Sequence record: MW584180.1
Origin: Mycobacterium phage prophiGD15-1
Length of the DNA: 64,000 bases
Strand: one strand, 5' to 3'
The notes under the pieces were generated by a model. That model worked only from the letters and a program-made list of their open reading frames with translations, searched no databases and was not told the DNA's origin. Both the position numbers and the translations under genes were made by a program. Of this stretch, positions 37,251-48,171 are shown one piece after another; within the stretch, counting starts at the first letter, position 1, and the number at the start of each line of letters is the position of its first letter.

Positions 37251-38360
37251 ATGGCTCTGTCTAACCCTTGGATCCACGGCCCGGAAACCGGCGAAGACTT
37301 CACACAGCTCCCGCCGCACCTGCAAGGCGTGGAAACGAAGATCGTCTACATCGGCGTCGTGCATCCGATCCACAAGAAGCGGTTCACCTGGAACCTCTTG
37401 GGTTCACACAAGGGCCGCGAGGGCATTGTGATGGCGCCCGTCGCCACCGGGTTGTTCCACACCCCGTTCGAAACTCTCATGTCCGAGGGCCCGTACCAGA
37501 TCGGTGCCGAACCAGAGCGCACCGACTGGAAGAAGCGCATGATTTCCATCGGCGTTCACGTGAATCCCGATATCGCCCCCTGGATAAGCGGCAGTAGTAG
37601 CAGGGTCATTGACACCCCGTTCCGGTATCGGATGATTGAGGAACGCTGGTGGGGTTCATGGTCGGCCACCGAAGACGGCTACCTGGGAGTGTTTACCCGC
37701 ACCCATGGGTGGCGGTGGCTGCGGGTCAGGCTCGCTGAAGAGCCCAAAGACCCGTGGGAACTCGACCCGGTGGCATTCGGCAACAACTTCATGACCTGGA
37801 GCATGAACATCGTTGCCACGCAGCCCTATTTCGCTAAGCGAACCGAGTTCAAGACGTGGCAGAACGATGTCGAAACCTCCACCCTGTGGGACAAGATTGA
37901 GGACCTGCTCAACGAGTTCATTCCCGGGCTGGATGTGGGTGAAGGCGCCATTCGTGTGCCGAACCGCGGAGACATCGCCGTCTACCCGAAGTTCTTGGTG
38001 TCCTCGCCAGGCAAATGCTGGATTCAAGAGGGTGACCGGTGGGTCCAGCTGCCGCTACTGAGCCCGCAAGACGGCTACGTGATGGTAGATACCGACCCGA
38101 ACGCGCAAACACTCACCGCAACAACAGATCCAGTGGACCCGCTGTTCATGCGGATCCTGCGAAACTCTCAACTCCTAGATGTCCTTCTGCATGACCTGCT
38201 TTCCATCACCCTGCCGGTGTGGAGGCGTATGGAGGACCGATTCACCGAAGCATCCAAGATCCCGCCACGCACGCTCGCGGCGGTCAAGGTGCGCCACTCC
38301 AACGCTGACGGGCGGGTCACCATGTTTGTTCCCCAACGCTATTCGAAGGGCTTCGCGTAG
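37251..38360 (+). CDS. distal tail protein (Dit-like minor tail protein)
   Basis: position immediately after TMP. Confidence 0.55.
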   Translation: MALSNPWIHGPETGEDFTQLPPHLQGVETKIVYIGVVHPIHKKRFTWNLLGSHKGREGIVMAPVATGLFHTPFETLMSEGPYQIGAEPERTDWKKRMISIGVHVNPDIAPWISGSSSRVIDTPFRYRMIEERWWGSWSATEDGYLGVFTRTHGWRWLRVRLAEEPKDPWELDPVAFGNNFMTWSMNIVATQPYFAKRTEFKTWQNDVETSTLWDKIEDLLNEFIPGLDVGEGAIRVPNRGDIAVYPKFLVSSPGKCWIQEGDRWVQLPLLSPQDGYVMVDTDPNAQTLTATTDPVDPLFMRILRNSQLLDVLLHDLLSITLPVWRRMEDRFTEASKIPPRTLAAVKVRHSNADGRVTMFVPQRYSKGFA

Positions 38361-38362
38361 CA

Positions 38363-40159
38363 GTGTCGGGTGATTGGTCGGTCGATCTGACCGACTTCAC
38401 AAGCCTGCAAGGAATCCTGGACCGGCTGCTCCGCGAGACGCAGACCACCCCAGACCTTGGCGACCCCATGGTGGCGTACCGCTACCTCAATGCGCGCCGC
38501 AAGGCCATGCGGGACGCCTACAAGCAGCGACCTTTGCTGAGGATCTGGGACAAGCACCACCGCCCGATCGCCGACCTAGCGGGCGAGAAATCGGTTGTTG
38601 TAGAGGAAGTCATGGCGGACTCAGGTACCGCCACGGTGGTCATCAGGCATTCGAACTGGCTGTCAAAGTTCCTTCTCTATGACCGCCGCGCTGAAGAAGA
38701 TATCCAGTTCACGCTAGATCCGAACCCTACTGATCGGTCTTGGAAAACCCGTTGGGGCGGAAAGATCGTGAACGTCAACGCAGTGCGCGACAAAGACGGG
38801 TTGCACACCGTTGAGCTCGAGATGATGCACAACCGGGAGCACGCCAAACACATCCTGGGTGGCGCGAATCCTCTGTTACCGCCTGAAATTCAGTTCCCGA
38901 AGATGTTCTTCCTTCCCTGGAACATGCGCACTGCCGGTTCGATCATCATGTTCTTGAACCTGGCTCGCCAGTTCTTTCCGCTATTGAGTATCCCCACGAA
39001 CATTTTCAACCCTGGCGCCTGGCTAGGGGTTCGGGACATCATCGGCGGCCTGAACCCGTTGGCGTGGCCTATCCAGGTCCAATTCGTCAACCCACTGTTC
39101 GATCAGTCTCGTACCACGATCCTGTCGTCCCGCTGGCAAGACCTGCACACCGTTTTGGCTGCACCGATGCAGGACGCCGGCTGCATGCTGCGCGCCTACA
39201 CCTGGCTGACCGAAGATGACACCTCGCCGCACCCAGAACTGGGGGCACTCGGGGATGCGCTGGCGCGCCCCACCCGCAACTGCGTGGTCTTCGCATTCGA
39301 AGACAAGTCCGGGGTTACTGGACCCACGGGGACCTTAATTGACGGTCCTCTCCGCCTAATCGCTGAGACCGCCGACGATTTGATCACCAACGCCATCGTC
39401 CCGCCCGACATGTACGACGAAGACGGCGACGGCAAAACCGATCCACTGATCAGGAAGTGGTTGGGATTCGCCCCCGCTAAGCCCAAGGTTGTTTTCCGCG
39501 AGGGTGAATACACCGGGATCATCGACGCTAAACGGTCCATGAAGGGCTCAACAGCGAAGACCGTGATGACGGGCTCCCGGTCACCGGCCTGGCTGAATCA
39601 ACTCCAAACATTCGGCATCAAGTACGGGCTGTCCCAGCTATCCGCTGTCATTTCATACGGTTTGGGTGCTTACCAGCAGCCGGGAACCCCCGGTTTGGAG
39701 GAGCTGTACCAAGGGCAGCTGGATAACACGCTGTTCGCATGGCAACGATTCACCGATCCGCGCCGCGTACTTCTCATGGGCGATCTGGGGTATCTGGAGC
39801 ATTTCGAACAAGGTCAAGGGACCGCCTACACGTCAGCGGGAATCCTGGATCTACGGAACGGGCATTGGAAGACAAGGGCGTTCGTCAGCTTCAAGACAAG
39901 CATCCGCAACGGGATGCCTTGGATAGCCGATGAGCATTTCACCCTCGGCGACAGGGTGGCCTTCCAGTTGGGAAGCGTCCTGCACGTCGACCAAGTGTCG
40001 GCGATCCGCCGCTCCTACGATGCGGACTCGCCACTACTGGTTGAACTATCGCTCGGCCAGGACTTGGACGAAGAAGACCCAGTAGCCAAGTCGATGCGCA
40101 CCCTCGCGGGCTTCTGGAACCTCGCCGGAACCTTCTTCGGTTCCGACTCAATGTTCTGA
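38363..40159 (+). CDS. minor tail protein (Tal-like)
   Basis: 598 aa after Dit. Confidence 0.5.
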   Translation: MSGDWSVDLTDFTSLQGILDRLLRETQTTPDLGDPMVAYRYLNARRKAMRDAYKQRPLLRIWDKHHRPIADLAGEKSVVVEEVMADSGTATVVIRHSNWLSKFLLYDRRAEEDIQFTLDPNPTDRSWKTRWGGKIVNVNAVRDKDGLHTVELEMMHNREHAKHILGGANPLLPPEIQFPKMFFLPWNMRTAGSIIMFLNLARQFFPLLSIPTNIFNPGAWLGVRDIIGGLNPLAWPIQVQFVNPLFDQSRTTILSSRWQDLHTVLAAPMQDAGCMLRAYTWLTEDDTSPHPELGALGDALARPTRNCVVFAFEDKSGVTGPTGTLIDGPLRLIAETADDLITNAIVPPDMYDEDGDGKTDPLIRKWLGFAPAKPKVVFREGEYTGIIDAKRSMKGSTAKTVMTGSRSPAWLNQLQTFGIKYGLSQLSAVISYGLGAYQQPGTPGLEELYQGQLDNTLFAWQRFTDPRRVLLMGDLGYLEHFEQGQGTAYTSAGILDLRNGHWKTRAFVSFKTSIRNGMPWIADEHFTLGDRVAFQLGSVLHVDQVSAIRRSYDADSPLLVELSLGQDLDEEDPVAKSMRTLAGFWNLAGTFFGSDSMF

Positions 40160-40173
40160 GTAAAGGAACGAAA

Positions 40174-40692
40174 TTGGCTGCAGATAAGTACGTTCCGCGT
40201 GCCTTACAAGCCTATGCGGAGAAGCAGAAGGCCCAGGACGCGCAGAAAGCGGAGATGGAAAGCGCCTATCAGGACTTTCTGACGGACTGCCACTACCCGC
40301 AGGACAAAGACGGAAACCGCATGGACTCGGCGCATTTCGTGTGGCTTGTGGGTTACCACATGATCAGGTGCGGGTGGCGGCGCTCGGCGCAACCCCTCAT
40401 CAAACCGCGGGCCGTTGAAGCGCCCGGGGTAGTCGAAGGCGCAATCGAATGGGTTCCTATCGACGCACCCGACGACCCCTTAGAGGGCGTCGAGAACATG
40501 ACGTTCGCACAGATCAACGCCCTACCGGAGTGGCTGAAACGCAAAGCGATACAGCGACTCAACGGCAACCAAGACGCAGATGACGACCTACCCGAAATGG
40601 CCGAACCGGCATGGCGGGTGACTCCGAACATCGCCATCAAGGATGAGCGACCCATCGGGGATGACTTCGTGAAGGGAATCGAGAATGGCTGA
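40174..40692 (+). CDS. minor tail protein
   Basis: position. Confidence 0.4.
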   Translation: MAADKYVPRALQAYAEKQKAQDAQKAEMESAYQDFLTDCHYPQDKDGNRMDSAHFVWLVGYHMIRCGWRRSAQPLIKPRAVEAPGVVEGAIEWVPIDAPDDPLEGVENMTFAQINALPEWLKRKAIQRLNGNQDADDDLPEMAEPAWRVTPNIAIKDERPIGDDFVKGIENG

Positions 40693-41770
40693 ACCGGGCG
40701 ATACCCCCTACCTTGGGTCGATCCTTGCGCGCCTGCACTTCTGGGGTGTCGTCTCCGATATGGACGTACCTGGCGGCGTCACAGGCACATTCGAGCTCGC
40801 CGACCAAGACGGCGCAGTCACCATGGACGCCCTCGTAGGGCCTCCTGGTCCCGCTGGTGAGAATGCCCCCATCGTCAAGATGCAGTACCAGTCCAGCATC
40901 GACGACCCCGCCGATCTTCCCCAAAACCTCACCGACGATCCGATCGATATCGGAAAAGCCTGGTGGGTAGGCAACATCGTCTACCTGTGGGACGGCGAAC
41001 ACTACGTCCAGAAGCAGATGGGCACACAAGGCCCCCCGGGACCGCTGCCGAACATCACTCCCACGGTCCAACTGCTGGACCCGGACAACCCCAGTTTGAC
41101 CTCGGAGATCATCGTTTCGGGTACCTCCGCCAACCCGACATGGCTCCTGAAGCTCAAAGCACCGCGGGGTCCGCAGGGCGATAACGCCACCATCCGAGAC
41201 GCAACCGACTATGACGACTCGGTCGCGCCCGCCGCGGGACAGGTCATTGCCTGGAACGGTGTCGACTACGCGCCAGCCGACTTCAACCCCTTGGCGACAA
41301 GGTTCTACACCGTCCCCGAGTCTGCGTTCACCGACTTCACGGGTCTAGCCACGCGACAGACGATCGGCTCATTCATCATCCCGCCGATGCCGTTCGACTA
41401 CGTACCCGTAGTGCACGGGCATTTCAAGGCCAACGGCATCGAACTCGACGCCGACCCATTCATCATCGGCTCCGAGGTCCGCATAGGGAATGCCACAAGC
41501 GGCCAGCTGATCGCCAAGGGCGCCGGCAACATGTCCTCCTGGTCCGCCCTGTTCCCGCACGCCTCATCCACGGGCTCCCCGAACACCGCTATCACCCCCG
41601 ACAACGGGATAGGCATGATCCCGGCATACAGCACCGGTACAACGTCAACTTTGTACGTGAACCTCGTCAACGAGGGCATGGCGGGCTTCTACTCCTTCAA
41701 CAAAGCAGGCGCACAGCTCTCAATCCTCATCGTCCCCGTCTCTCCGTTGAAGCCTGAGGACGGCTCCTAG
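40685..41770 (+). CDS. minor tail protein with collagen-like G-P-P/G-P-A triplets
   Basis: VGPPGPAGENAP and GTQGPPGPLP segments. Confidence 0.5.
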   Translation: MAEPGDTPYLGSILARLHFWGVVSDMDVPGGVTGTFELADQDGAVTMDALVGPPGPAGENAPIVKMQYQSSIDDPADLPQNLTDDPIDIGKAWWVGNIVYLWDGEHYVQKQMGTQGPPGPLPNITPTVQLLDPDNPSLTSEIIVSGTSANPTWLLKLKAPRGPQGDNATIRDATDYDDSVAPAAGQVIAWNGVDYAPADFNPLATRFYTVPESAFTDFTGLATRQTIGSFIIPPMPFDYVPVVHGHFKANGIELDADPFIIGSEVRIGNATSGQLIAKGAGNMSSWSALFPHASSTGSPNTAITPDNGIGMIPAYSTGTTSTLYVNLVNEGMAGFYSFNKAGAQLSILIVPVSPLKPEDGS

Positions 41771-44700
41771 TGCCACGGTCTTTCGACCGAATCCCGCTGC
41801 CGTTCAACGACCCTAACCAGGGGCTCGAGTTCCATATCGGCACCGCTTTCCAGCAAGGGCTGGAAATGTGGAAGGCAATCATCGATGGAATCATCGAGTA
41901 CGCCGAAAGCCTGATCAAGGAACTCATCCAGAAACTCCTGGGCTTGGATGTTGACCCGGAGCAGGCGCTCGAGGATCTGTGGAATCTACTCACCGGCTGG
42001 GTAGATGACATCCCGATCATCGGCGACATCATCGAGATCATCAAGGACTTCCTGAACGGGAACCTGTTCGGGCGTGACGGATTCATTCTGTCGAACCTGA
42101 TCCCGGCGTTGTCGTTCAGCTGGATCACTGATGAGCAGCCGAACCTGTTGGTGGCGGGCAATTTCCAGGACGGCTCCAGCATCGCCGACAACCCGTACTG
42201 GACCTGGGAATCCGGGGTTACGCATAGTGCGGACAGTTCCGGCAGTGTGAAAGTCACCGCGAATGGTGTCACGAAAGCGTTGCGGTCCAACGAGATCCTT
42301 GCCAATCCTGGCCAAACCATGTCGCTGGAGATGTGGGTTAAGTGGTCCGGGTACGCGGGCACTAATTCGCCGATCAAGTTGCAGATGGTCGAGTTCTCCG
42401 GTCGCGGGGATAGCGCTGTACAGGTTGGGGTTGAGGACGTTGCGACGCTGAACCCGAACACGTCAACGGGGGATTGGCGTCAAATGGTCGGGAACTACAC
42501 GGTTCCCGACGGTGTGCATGCGGTGCGTGTGCGGATCCTGGTGACCAAGGACGCCACCTCGGGTGTTTTCAACTTTGATGACGGTGTTGGTAAGAAGACC
42601 AACAAGATTCAGCAGGGCTGGATCGACGGGTTGTCGAACACGTTCCAGGAAGTTCTGTCTCGGTGGCAGTTGATCATCGACACCGTAGTCAACGGGATCA
42701 CGGGATCCAACAACGCGTTACACACCCTGGAAGATCTGTTCGACGCTGTCACTCATATCCCGTTGTTCAAGATCCTCGGCTTCGGTGGCCCGGGGGATGC
42801 GAACACAACTTTCGAGGAGTTCCTTTCACATCTTCTCGGGGGAATGTCGGGATCGACTGACCCGAACTCCAATGGCGGTTTCGCTGACCTGTTCAACGTT
42901 GCCAAGCTGCTACAGACCGCGGCGGCGATGGGGGAGAGCGCCTTCCAGATCCTCTCTATCCGCAACAACACCCCCGTCAACACCGGTTTGTTGCCGTCGG
43001 GTAGGTCGAACTACGGCCTGACCAGCGTCAACACCACCCTGTCTGCCACACAGAGTGCGTCACTGATCGCGACAATGCGCGTGGAGCAAGACATCGCTTT
43101 GGGCGTGGTGTCGTGGCTGGGCTGCGGCACCAGCGGCATCACAGCGTTCTACGTCAACATCTGGAAACTCGACGGGGTTTCCGGGGACTGGGCTTTGGTG
43201 CATCACTCCCCGAACATCCTGTCCGAGCTGACCGCCGGTACTACACCGAACTGGACGTTCTACCAGCTCGACACCCCAGTTGATCAGAAGGCGGGGGAAA
43301 TCTACGCCTACGAACTCGTCCCCGTCGGCGGAACCCACAGTGTCCGCGGCATTTCCACCACGGACGATATTCCTGATCACCCGTTCGCGCAGGTCGTTGG
43401 CTTGGCCGCGACACGGGATAACTCGTCGTCCCCGAACACACCTCCCTCGACCATCGCCAAGGCGAGCGTTGTTCGGTCCGGGAACATCCCGTGGATTGAA
43501 ACAGCTATCGACACCGGAAACGGTGTGGGCTACTACGACCCCATCTCGGTGTATGCCGTTGACGATGGCACGATTCCGATCCCGTCGTGGTGCAACTTCG
43601 TTGATGTTGTAGCAGTAGGTGGTGCCGGTGGCGGCCAGATGGGGTTCACCGTCGGATTCCACGGAGAACCGGGATCTCCGGGTCTCTACAAGGCCGCAAC
43701 GTGGCAACGGGGCGTGCACTTCGCCGACGACACGGTTCTCACGTTCACCAAGGGTCCCGGCGGACTAGGTGGACGCCTCGGCCACGATGACGGCGAAGAC
43801 GGCACGGCTACTAGTTGGTCAATTCCTGACTACAGCATCACGGCGGAACCCGGAATCGGCGGTACTGAACTACAGCTGGGCTACAACCCCATTGGTCGCG
43901 GTCCCGGGAATTTCGAGTACAAGGGCGAGAACCATGTCGGTGGCGCGGACCAAAAGATACCCGGCCGCGACGGTGTATCCCCGGGCGGTGGCGGTAACGG
44001 CGGCAATGGGCTGACGTTCCAGAACGGCGGTAAGGGGGCCGACGGCGCAGGCTGGGTGAGATTCCGGCAGAACCCACTCGAGGGGGAAGAGGTCATCGGC
44101 GGCCCCGGCCAAGTCTTGGTCCCCAGCATCGAATCCACCGCATCGCTGGGCACACCGACCGTCTCGGGTGGGTTGTCGCTGCTTCCGCTGGAGGATCAGG
44201 CCGCTATCGACGCGATCGTGGCCGCGAACATGACCGCCCCGGGTGGGGTGTTGGCCATCCAGTCCCCAGACGGGTACTACACGAAGGCGTACGGCAAGGT
44301 CTCCACCGCCGCAGGGGCGCGGAACGTGATCCCGGAGGACCACTTCCGTATCGGTTCCTGCACCAAGTCGTTCACCGCAACCATGATCTTGCAGGCAGTT
44401 GATCGTGGCTTGTTGTCGTTGGACGATCCGCTGGAGAAGTTCCTTCCCGGCGTTCCGGGCGGCACCAAGATAACGGTCCGCCACATGATGTGTCTGCGGT
44501 CGGGTCTGTTCAACGAACAAACCGACCTCGGCATGATGATGCGCTACTTCCTGATGCCGACCTCTGACTGGACGGACGAAGAAACACTCGCGATCGTCAA
44601 ACAGCACGAACCGTCATTCGAACCCGGCCAAGGTTGGGCGTACGTCAACTCCAACTACTTCCTGCTGGGGATGATCGTTTCGATCGTCAACGGCCGCCCC

Positions 44701-45894
44701 ACGAGAGACGTGCTACAGACGGACATTCTGGATCCGCTGGGTTTGACGCAAACCAGCTGGCCCACCACCGCGAAGATGCCCGAACCGTATGCGAACGGAC
44801 ACGCCTGGGCCACCGGAATTTTCGGTGGCGGGGCCTGGCAGGATGCCACCGAAACCGGGCCGGGATATGCGAGCGCCGCCGGTGTCATGATTTCCACCGC
44901 CCACGATCTGCTGCTGTGGGCCAAGGAATTACGCGACGGCACCCTATTGAGTCCTGAGCTGCATGAGCTGAGAACCAAATGCTACTGGCCTGTCCCGTGG
45001 GGCAATGATGACCAGCTGACCTATTTCGGGTACGGGCACGGCATGTTCGAGCTTGGGCAGTGGCGCGGCCATGGCGGGTCGTGGCGCGGGTACGAAGTCT
45101 CGGTCTACTACCTGCCGAACGGCACCTTGTTCGCGATGTGTGAGAACGCCCAGACACCGACCGTTGAGGTTGAGGTGTCGATGATGTTCAAAATCGGCAA
45201 GTACCTTTACCCGGATTCTCTGACGGTCCCTGATTATCAGGCGAATCGGGTGTTCGGTATCCCATCGAAAGCCTCGGTCGGTAAACCGATCGTCGGCAGT
45301 ATTGATGTCAAGTTCGACAACAAGAGCACCTTGGGTACAAGTCAGGCGACGATCCCGGAATTCACGCTGGACCCCGAAGCGAACATTGTGTTCGCCTATC
45401 TGGCAACGCAATCCGGCATTGATCTGTCTGTAGTGACGGCGAAAATCGGCGGCGTCACCATGAACAGGCTACCGATTATGTCCAATGGGTCGAACCAACT
45501 GGTGGTGTGGTGGCTGCTCGATCCGCCCACAGGGGCTAGGTCGATCAACCTGCTCAATGCCCCGTATGGGTCGAACTATGCAACCGGTGCGGCGTCCTAC
45601 AAACTCGCCGCACCTGCAGGGATTGAAACACCCGTGATCACTCAGGGCTACAGCGCGTCCCCATCGGTCAGTGCTACCACCAATAGCCACGGCAGGATCG
45701 TCAACGCCTTCCTGTATGGGGGACAGACCAGCGCCTACAACCAAACCGAGCGTGGACATTTGGATGCCGTCGCGTTCGGTGCCGGACTGATATTCGGCGA
45801 CGCACCAGGCGGTTCGGTGACGTTCACCCAAACCCTCACAGCTGCCGCCCCATGGATCGGTATCGCGATCCCCATCGTCTCCAACGCGGAATAG
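41770..45894 (+). CDS. large minor tail protein with C-terminal serine beta-lactamase / DD-peptidase (S12-like) domain
   Basis: 1374 aa; SCTKSFTAT (SxxK) motif in a ~350-aa region with the overall pattern of class C beta-lactamase/D-Ala-D-Ala carboxypeptidases (..YVNSNYFLLG.., ..GYGHG..). Confidence 0.65.
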   Translation: MPRSFDRIPLPFNDPNQGLEFHIGTAFQQGLEMWKAIIDGIIEYAESLIKELIQKLLGLDVDPEQALEDLWNLLTGWVDDIPIIGDIIEIIKDFLNGNLFGRDGFILSNLIPALSFSWITDEQPNLLVAGNFQDGSSIADNPYWTWESGVTHSADSSGSVKVTANGVTKALRSNEILANPGQTMSLEMWVKWSGYAGTNSPIKLQMVEFSGRGDSAVQVGVEDVATLNPNTSTGDWRQMVGNYTVPDGVHAVRVRILVTKDATSGVFNFDDGVGKKTNKIQQGWIDGLSNTFQEVLSRWQLIIDTVVNGITGSNNALHTLEDLFDAVTHIPLFKILGFGGPGDANTTFEEFLSHLLGGMSGSTDPNSNGGFADLFNVAKLLQTAAAMGESAFQILSIRNNTPVNTGLLPSGRSNYGLTSVNTTLSATQSASLIATMRVEQDIALGVVSWLGCGTSGITAFYVNIWKLDGVSGDWALVHHSPNILSELTAGTTPNWTFYQLDTPVDQKAGEIYAYELVPVGGTHSVRGISTTDDIPDHPFAQVVGLAATRDNSSSPNTPPSTIAKASVVRSGNIPWIETAIDTGNGVGYYDPISVYAVDDGTIPIPSWCNFVDVVAVGGAGGGQMGFTVGFHGEPGSPGLYKAATWQRGVHFADDTVLTFTKGPGGLGGRLGHDDGEDGTATSWSIPDYSITAEPGIGGTELQLGYNPIGRGPGNFEYKGENHVGGADQKIPGRDGVSPGGGGNGGNGLTFQNGGKGADGAGWVRFRQNPLEGEEVIGGPGQVLVPSIESTASLGTPTVSGGLSLLPLEDQAAIDAIVAANMTAPGGVLAIQSPDGYYTKAYGKVSTAAGARNVIPEDHFRIGSCTKSFTATMILQAVDRGLLSLDDPLEKFLPGVPGGTKITVRHMMCLRSGLFNEQTDLGMMMRYFLMPTSDWTDEETLAIVKQHEPSFEPGQGWAYVNSNYFLLGMIVSIVNGRPTRDVLQTDILDPLGLTQTSWPTTAKMPEPYANGHAWATGIFGGGAWQDATETGPGYASAAGVMISTAHDLLLWAKELRDGTLLSPELHELRTKCYWPVPWGNDDQLTYFGYGHGMFELGQWRGHGGSWRGYEVSVYYLPNGTLFAMCENAQTPTVEVEVSMMFKIGKYLYPDSLTVPDYQANRVFGIPSKASVGKPIVGSIDVKFDNKSTLGTSQATIPEFTLDPEANIVFAYLATQSGIDLSVVTAKIGGVTMNRLPIMSNGSNQLVVWWLLDPPTGARSINLLNAPYGSNYATGAASYKLAAPAGIETPVITQGYSASPSVSATTNSHGRIVNAFLYGGQTSAYNQTERGHLDAVAFGAGLIFGDAPGGSVTFTQTLTAAAPWIGIAIPIVSNAE

Positions 45895-45905
45895 GGAGAA
45901 CCTTA

Positions 45906-46304
45906 ATGGTAAACGCTTTGTACGATCACGCCCGAGAAGCATTCCTTAAGGGCGACCTCGACTGGGAAGTGCACAACTTCAAAGTCTGCGGAGTGGACGC
46001 CACATACACACCCAATATCGCAACCCACCAGTATCTTTCGCACATCACGGGAATTGTGTGCACATCCTCGAACCTGTCCGGTAAGTCATGGACCGCCGGT
46101 GTCGCAGATGCCGCTGATGTCGTATTCCCGACAGTCACGGGTGCAACGATCGTGCGCTGGATCATCTACCAAGACACCGGCACCGCGGGCACATCGCAGC
46201 TTGTCGCGTTATACGACACAGCATCCGGGCTGCCGGTGATCCCCGATGGCACCAATATAACGGTCACCTGGGACAACGGGGCTAGTCGGATCCTCCGCAT
46301 CTAG
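45906..46304 (+). CDS. minor tail protein
   Basis: position. Confidence 0.4.
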   Translation: MVNALYDHAREAFLKGDLDWEVHNFKVCGVDATYTPNIATHQYLSHITGIVCTSSNLSGKSWTAGVADAADVVFPTVTGATIVRWIIYQDTGTAGTSQLVALYDTASGLPVIPDGTNITVTWDNGASRILRI

Positions 46305-46306
46305 CT

Positions 46307-47704
46307 ATGGCTGGTGTAACCGGCTGGTGGGCTGAAACATTCAGTGAACCGGCCCCTAAAGTGCTCGCCCTAGCCGGGGGCGTTCCTGGGGTTGCGGTGA
46401 CGCACGACGTATACGCGTTCACGACCGGGGCAACCTTGACCCTGACGGGATCTGAGCCACCCGTCATTGGTCCACCACTGCGGCCGGGTTCGCCGGAACT
46501 CACCCTTACAGGCGGGGTCCCTGGCATTCGGGTCGGCAACGTTCTGTCGCCGGACGACGGCGAGATGGCATTGGCTGGCGATATCCCCACGATCGTTCAG
46601 TCCAACAACAACCTTGTATTCCCCACGGCAGCTGCGGGTTCACTCACCGGGGGAACGCCGACGATCATCACCGGCCCAATCCTTATCCCGACCGCCGCCA
46701 CACCGTCGCTTACCGGCGGAACTCCCGCGTTGGCGCATCGTTTGGTGCCCACCGCTGCCACACCGACACTCACTGGTGTACGCCCGCTGATCAACGTGAC
46801 CTACCCGCCACCCACGGTGCAGCTCACCCTCACGGGCGGCACCCCACGGATTGCCATCACAGTCACCCCGACTGGCGCAGCCCCAACCGTCACGGGCGGT
46901 ATACCGTCCATAGCCCTGTCACTGGCCCCCACAGCTTCGCTGACTATTACCGGTGGGACGCCGCGCATAGTGCAGACCCTCGCACCGCCAGCAGCAGCAC
47001 CGACGCTTACCGGCGGGGCTCCGCTGATTGCCGCGAAGGTAGCACCCACAGGTGCGACCCCATCCTTGACTGGCGGCACACCGGTAGTCACCACCATCCA
47101 CACAGTCTCTTTCGTTGCCGCCAACGGGAACGCGAGCAGTTCTGTCACCATCCCCACTCATCAAATCGGGGATCTGATCGTCCTGTTCGCGTACAACCCG
47201 TTCTCAACCTCCGCGCCCACCAAGCCGTCGGCGGGCGGCACGGTCCCGGACTACACCTATATCGACAACGCCAACAGCGGAAGCGGATCAGGCTGCACCA
47301 CCGCGTATTTCAAGGCGACAGCTACTAACACGACATCGGGGACTTGGGGCAGTGCGTCCCACATGATCGCGGTCATTGTGCGTGACCAGAACACAAGCTC
47401 GCCGATCGGTGGTCATGGCCAAGCTGCGGGAACGAGCGCCTCGTCCACTGCGCCGTCGGTGACGTTGACCCACACCGACGGGTCCTCGGTACTGCTGCAT
47501 TTCCACGGCCACTCCAGCTTGGGTGCGAGCGGATGGGATGCCGCGCCAGCCGGTTACACACGCCAAGCCTCATCGGGCGCGGCGTTCGGTTCAGCGACCG
47601 CCCTCAACACCAAGAACATCACCACCACCGATGGATCTGTAGCCCAGACGGGCGGCCAGTCCGGCCAAAGCTACGCGGCAGCCACTGTCGAAATCATCAA
47701 CTAA
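46307..47704 (+). CDS. minor tail protein with ~10 tandem ~14-aa P.A..P(S/T)LTGGTP repeats
   Basis: repeats read directly from translation. Confidence 0.5.
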   Translation: MAGVTGWWAETFSEPAPKVLALAGGVPGVAVTHDVYAFTTGATLTLTGSEPPVIGPPLRPGSPELTLTGGVPGIRVGNVLSPDDGEMALAGDIPTIVQSNNNLVFPTAAAGSLTGGTPTIITGPILIPTAATPSLTGGTPALAHRLVPTAATPTLTGVRPLINVTYPPPTVQLTLTGGTPRIAITVTPTGAAPTVTGGIPSIALSLAPTASLTITGGTPRIVQTLAPPAAAPTLTGGAPLIAAKVAPTGATPSLTGGTPVVTTIHTVSFVAANGNASSSVTIPTHQIGDLIVLFAYNPFSTSAPTKPSAGGTVPDYTYIDNANSGSGSGCTTAYFKATATNTTSGTWGSASHMIAVIVRDQNTSSPIGGHGQAAGTSASSTAPSVTLTHTDGSSVLLHFHGHSSLGASGWDAAPAGYTRQASSGAAFGSATALNTKNITTTDGSVAQTGGQSGQSYAAATVEIIN

Positions 47705-47719
47705 CGAAAGGGCACTACC

Positions 47720-48151
47720 TTGACCGCAGGCACATGGACGTTCCCCAATGGGGCACGCACCAATCTACTTAACGGAACGTTCGACATCGACTCCGACACC
47801 TGGCGGGTCGCCCTCGTCACTTCGTCATCCAATATCGGTTCCTCCACCACCACTTGGGCTGGTGTCACCAATGAGGTTGCTCAGGCGAACGGCTACACCA
47901 CGGGCGGTGTGGCTGTGACCCTCACCCTTTCGGGCACCACGAGTGTTACGGCGTCGTTCTCCACGAACCCAACCTGGACCGCATCAGGCGGCAGCATCAC
48001 CGCAAGGTGGGCCGTCCTTTACGAGCTCGGCGGAAACGTGCTGTGCTACGTGCTCCTGGACAACACCCCAGCCGATGTGACAACCACCAACGGCAACAGT
48101 TTGACGATTGACAGCGATGGGGCACCGGCTCCCGTCTTCACCTTGTCGTAG
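47720..48151 (+). CDS. minor tail protein
   Basis: position. Confidence 0.4.
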   Translation: MTAGTWTFPNGARTNLLNGTFDIDSDTWRVALVTSSSNIGSSTTTWAGVTNEVAQANGYTTGGVAVTLTLSGTTSVTASFSTNPTWTASGGSITARWAVLYELGGNVLCYVLLDNTPADVTTTNGNSLTIDSDGAPAPVFTLS

Positions 48152-48171
48152 CACTCTCACCTCCTTGTGGG

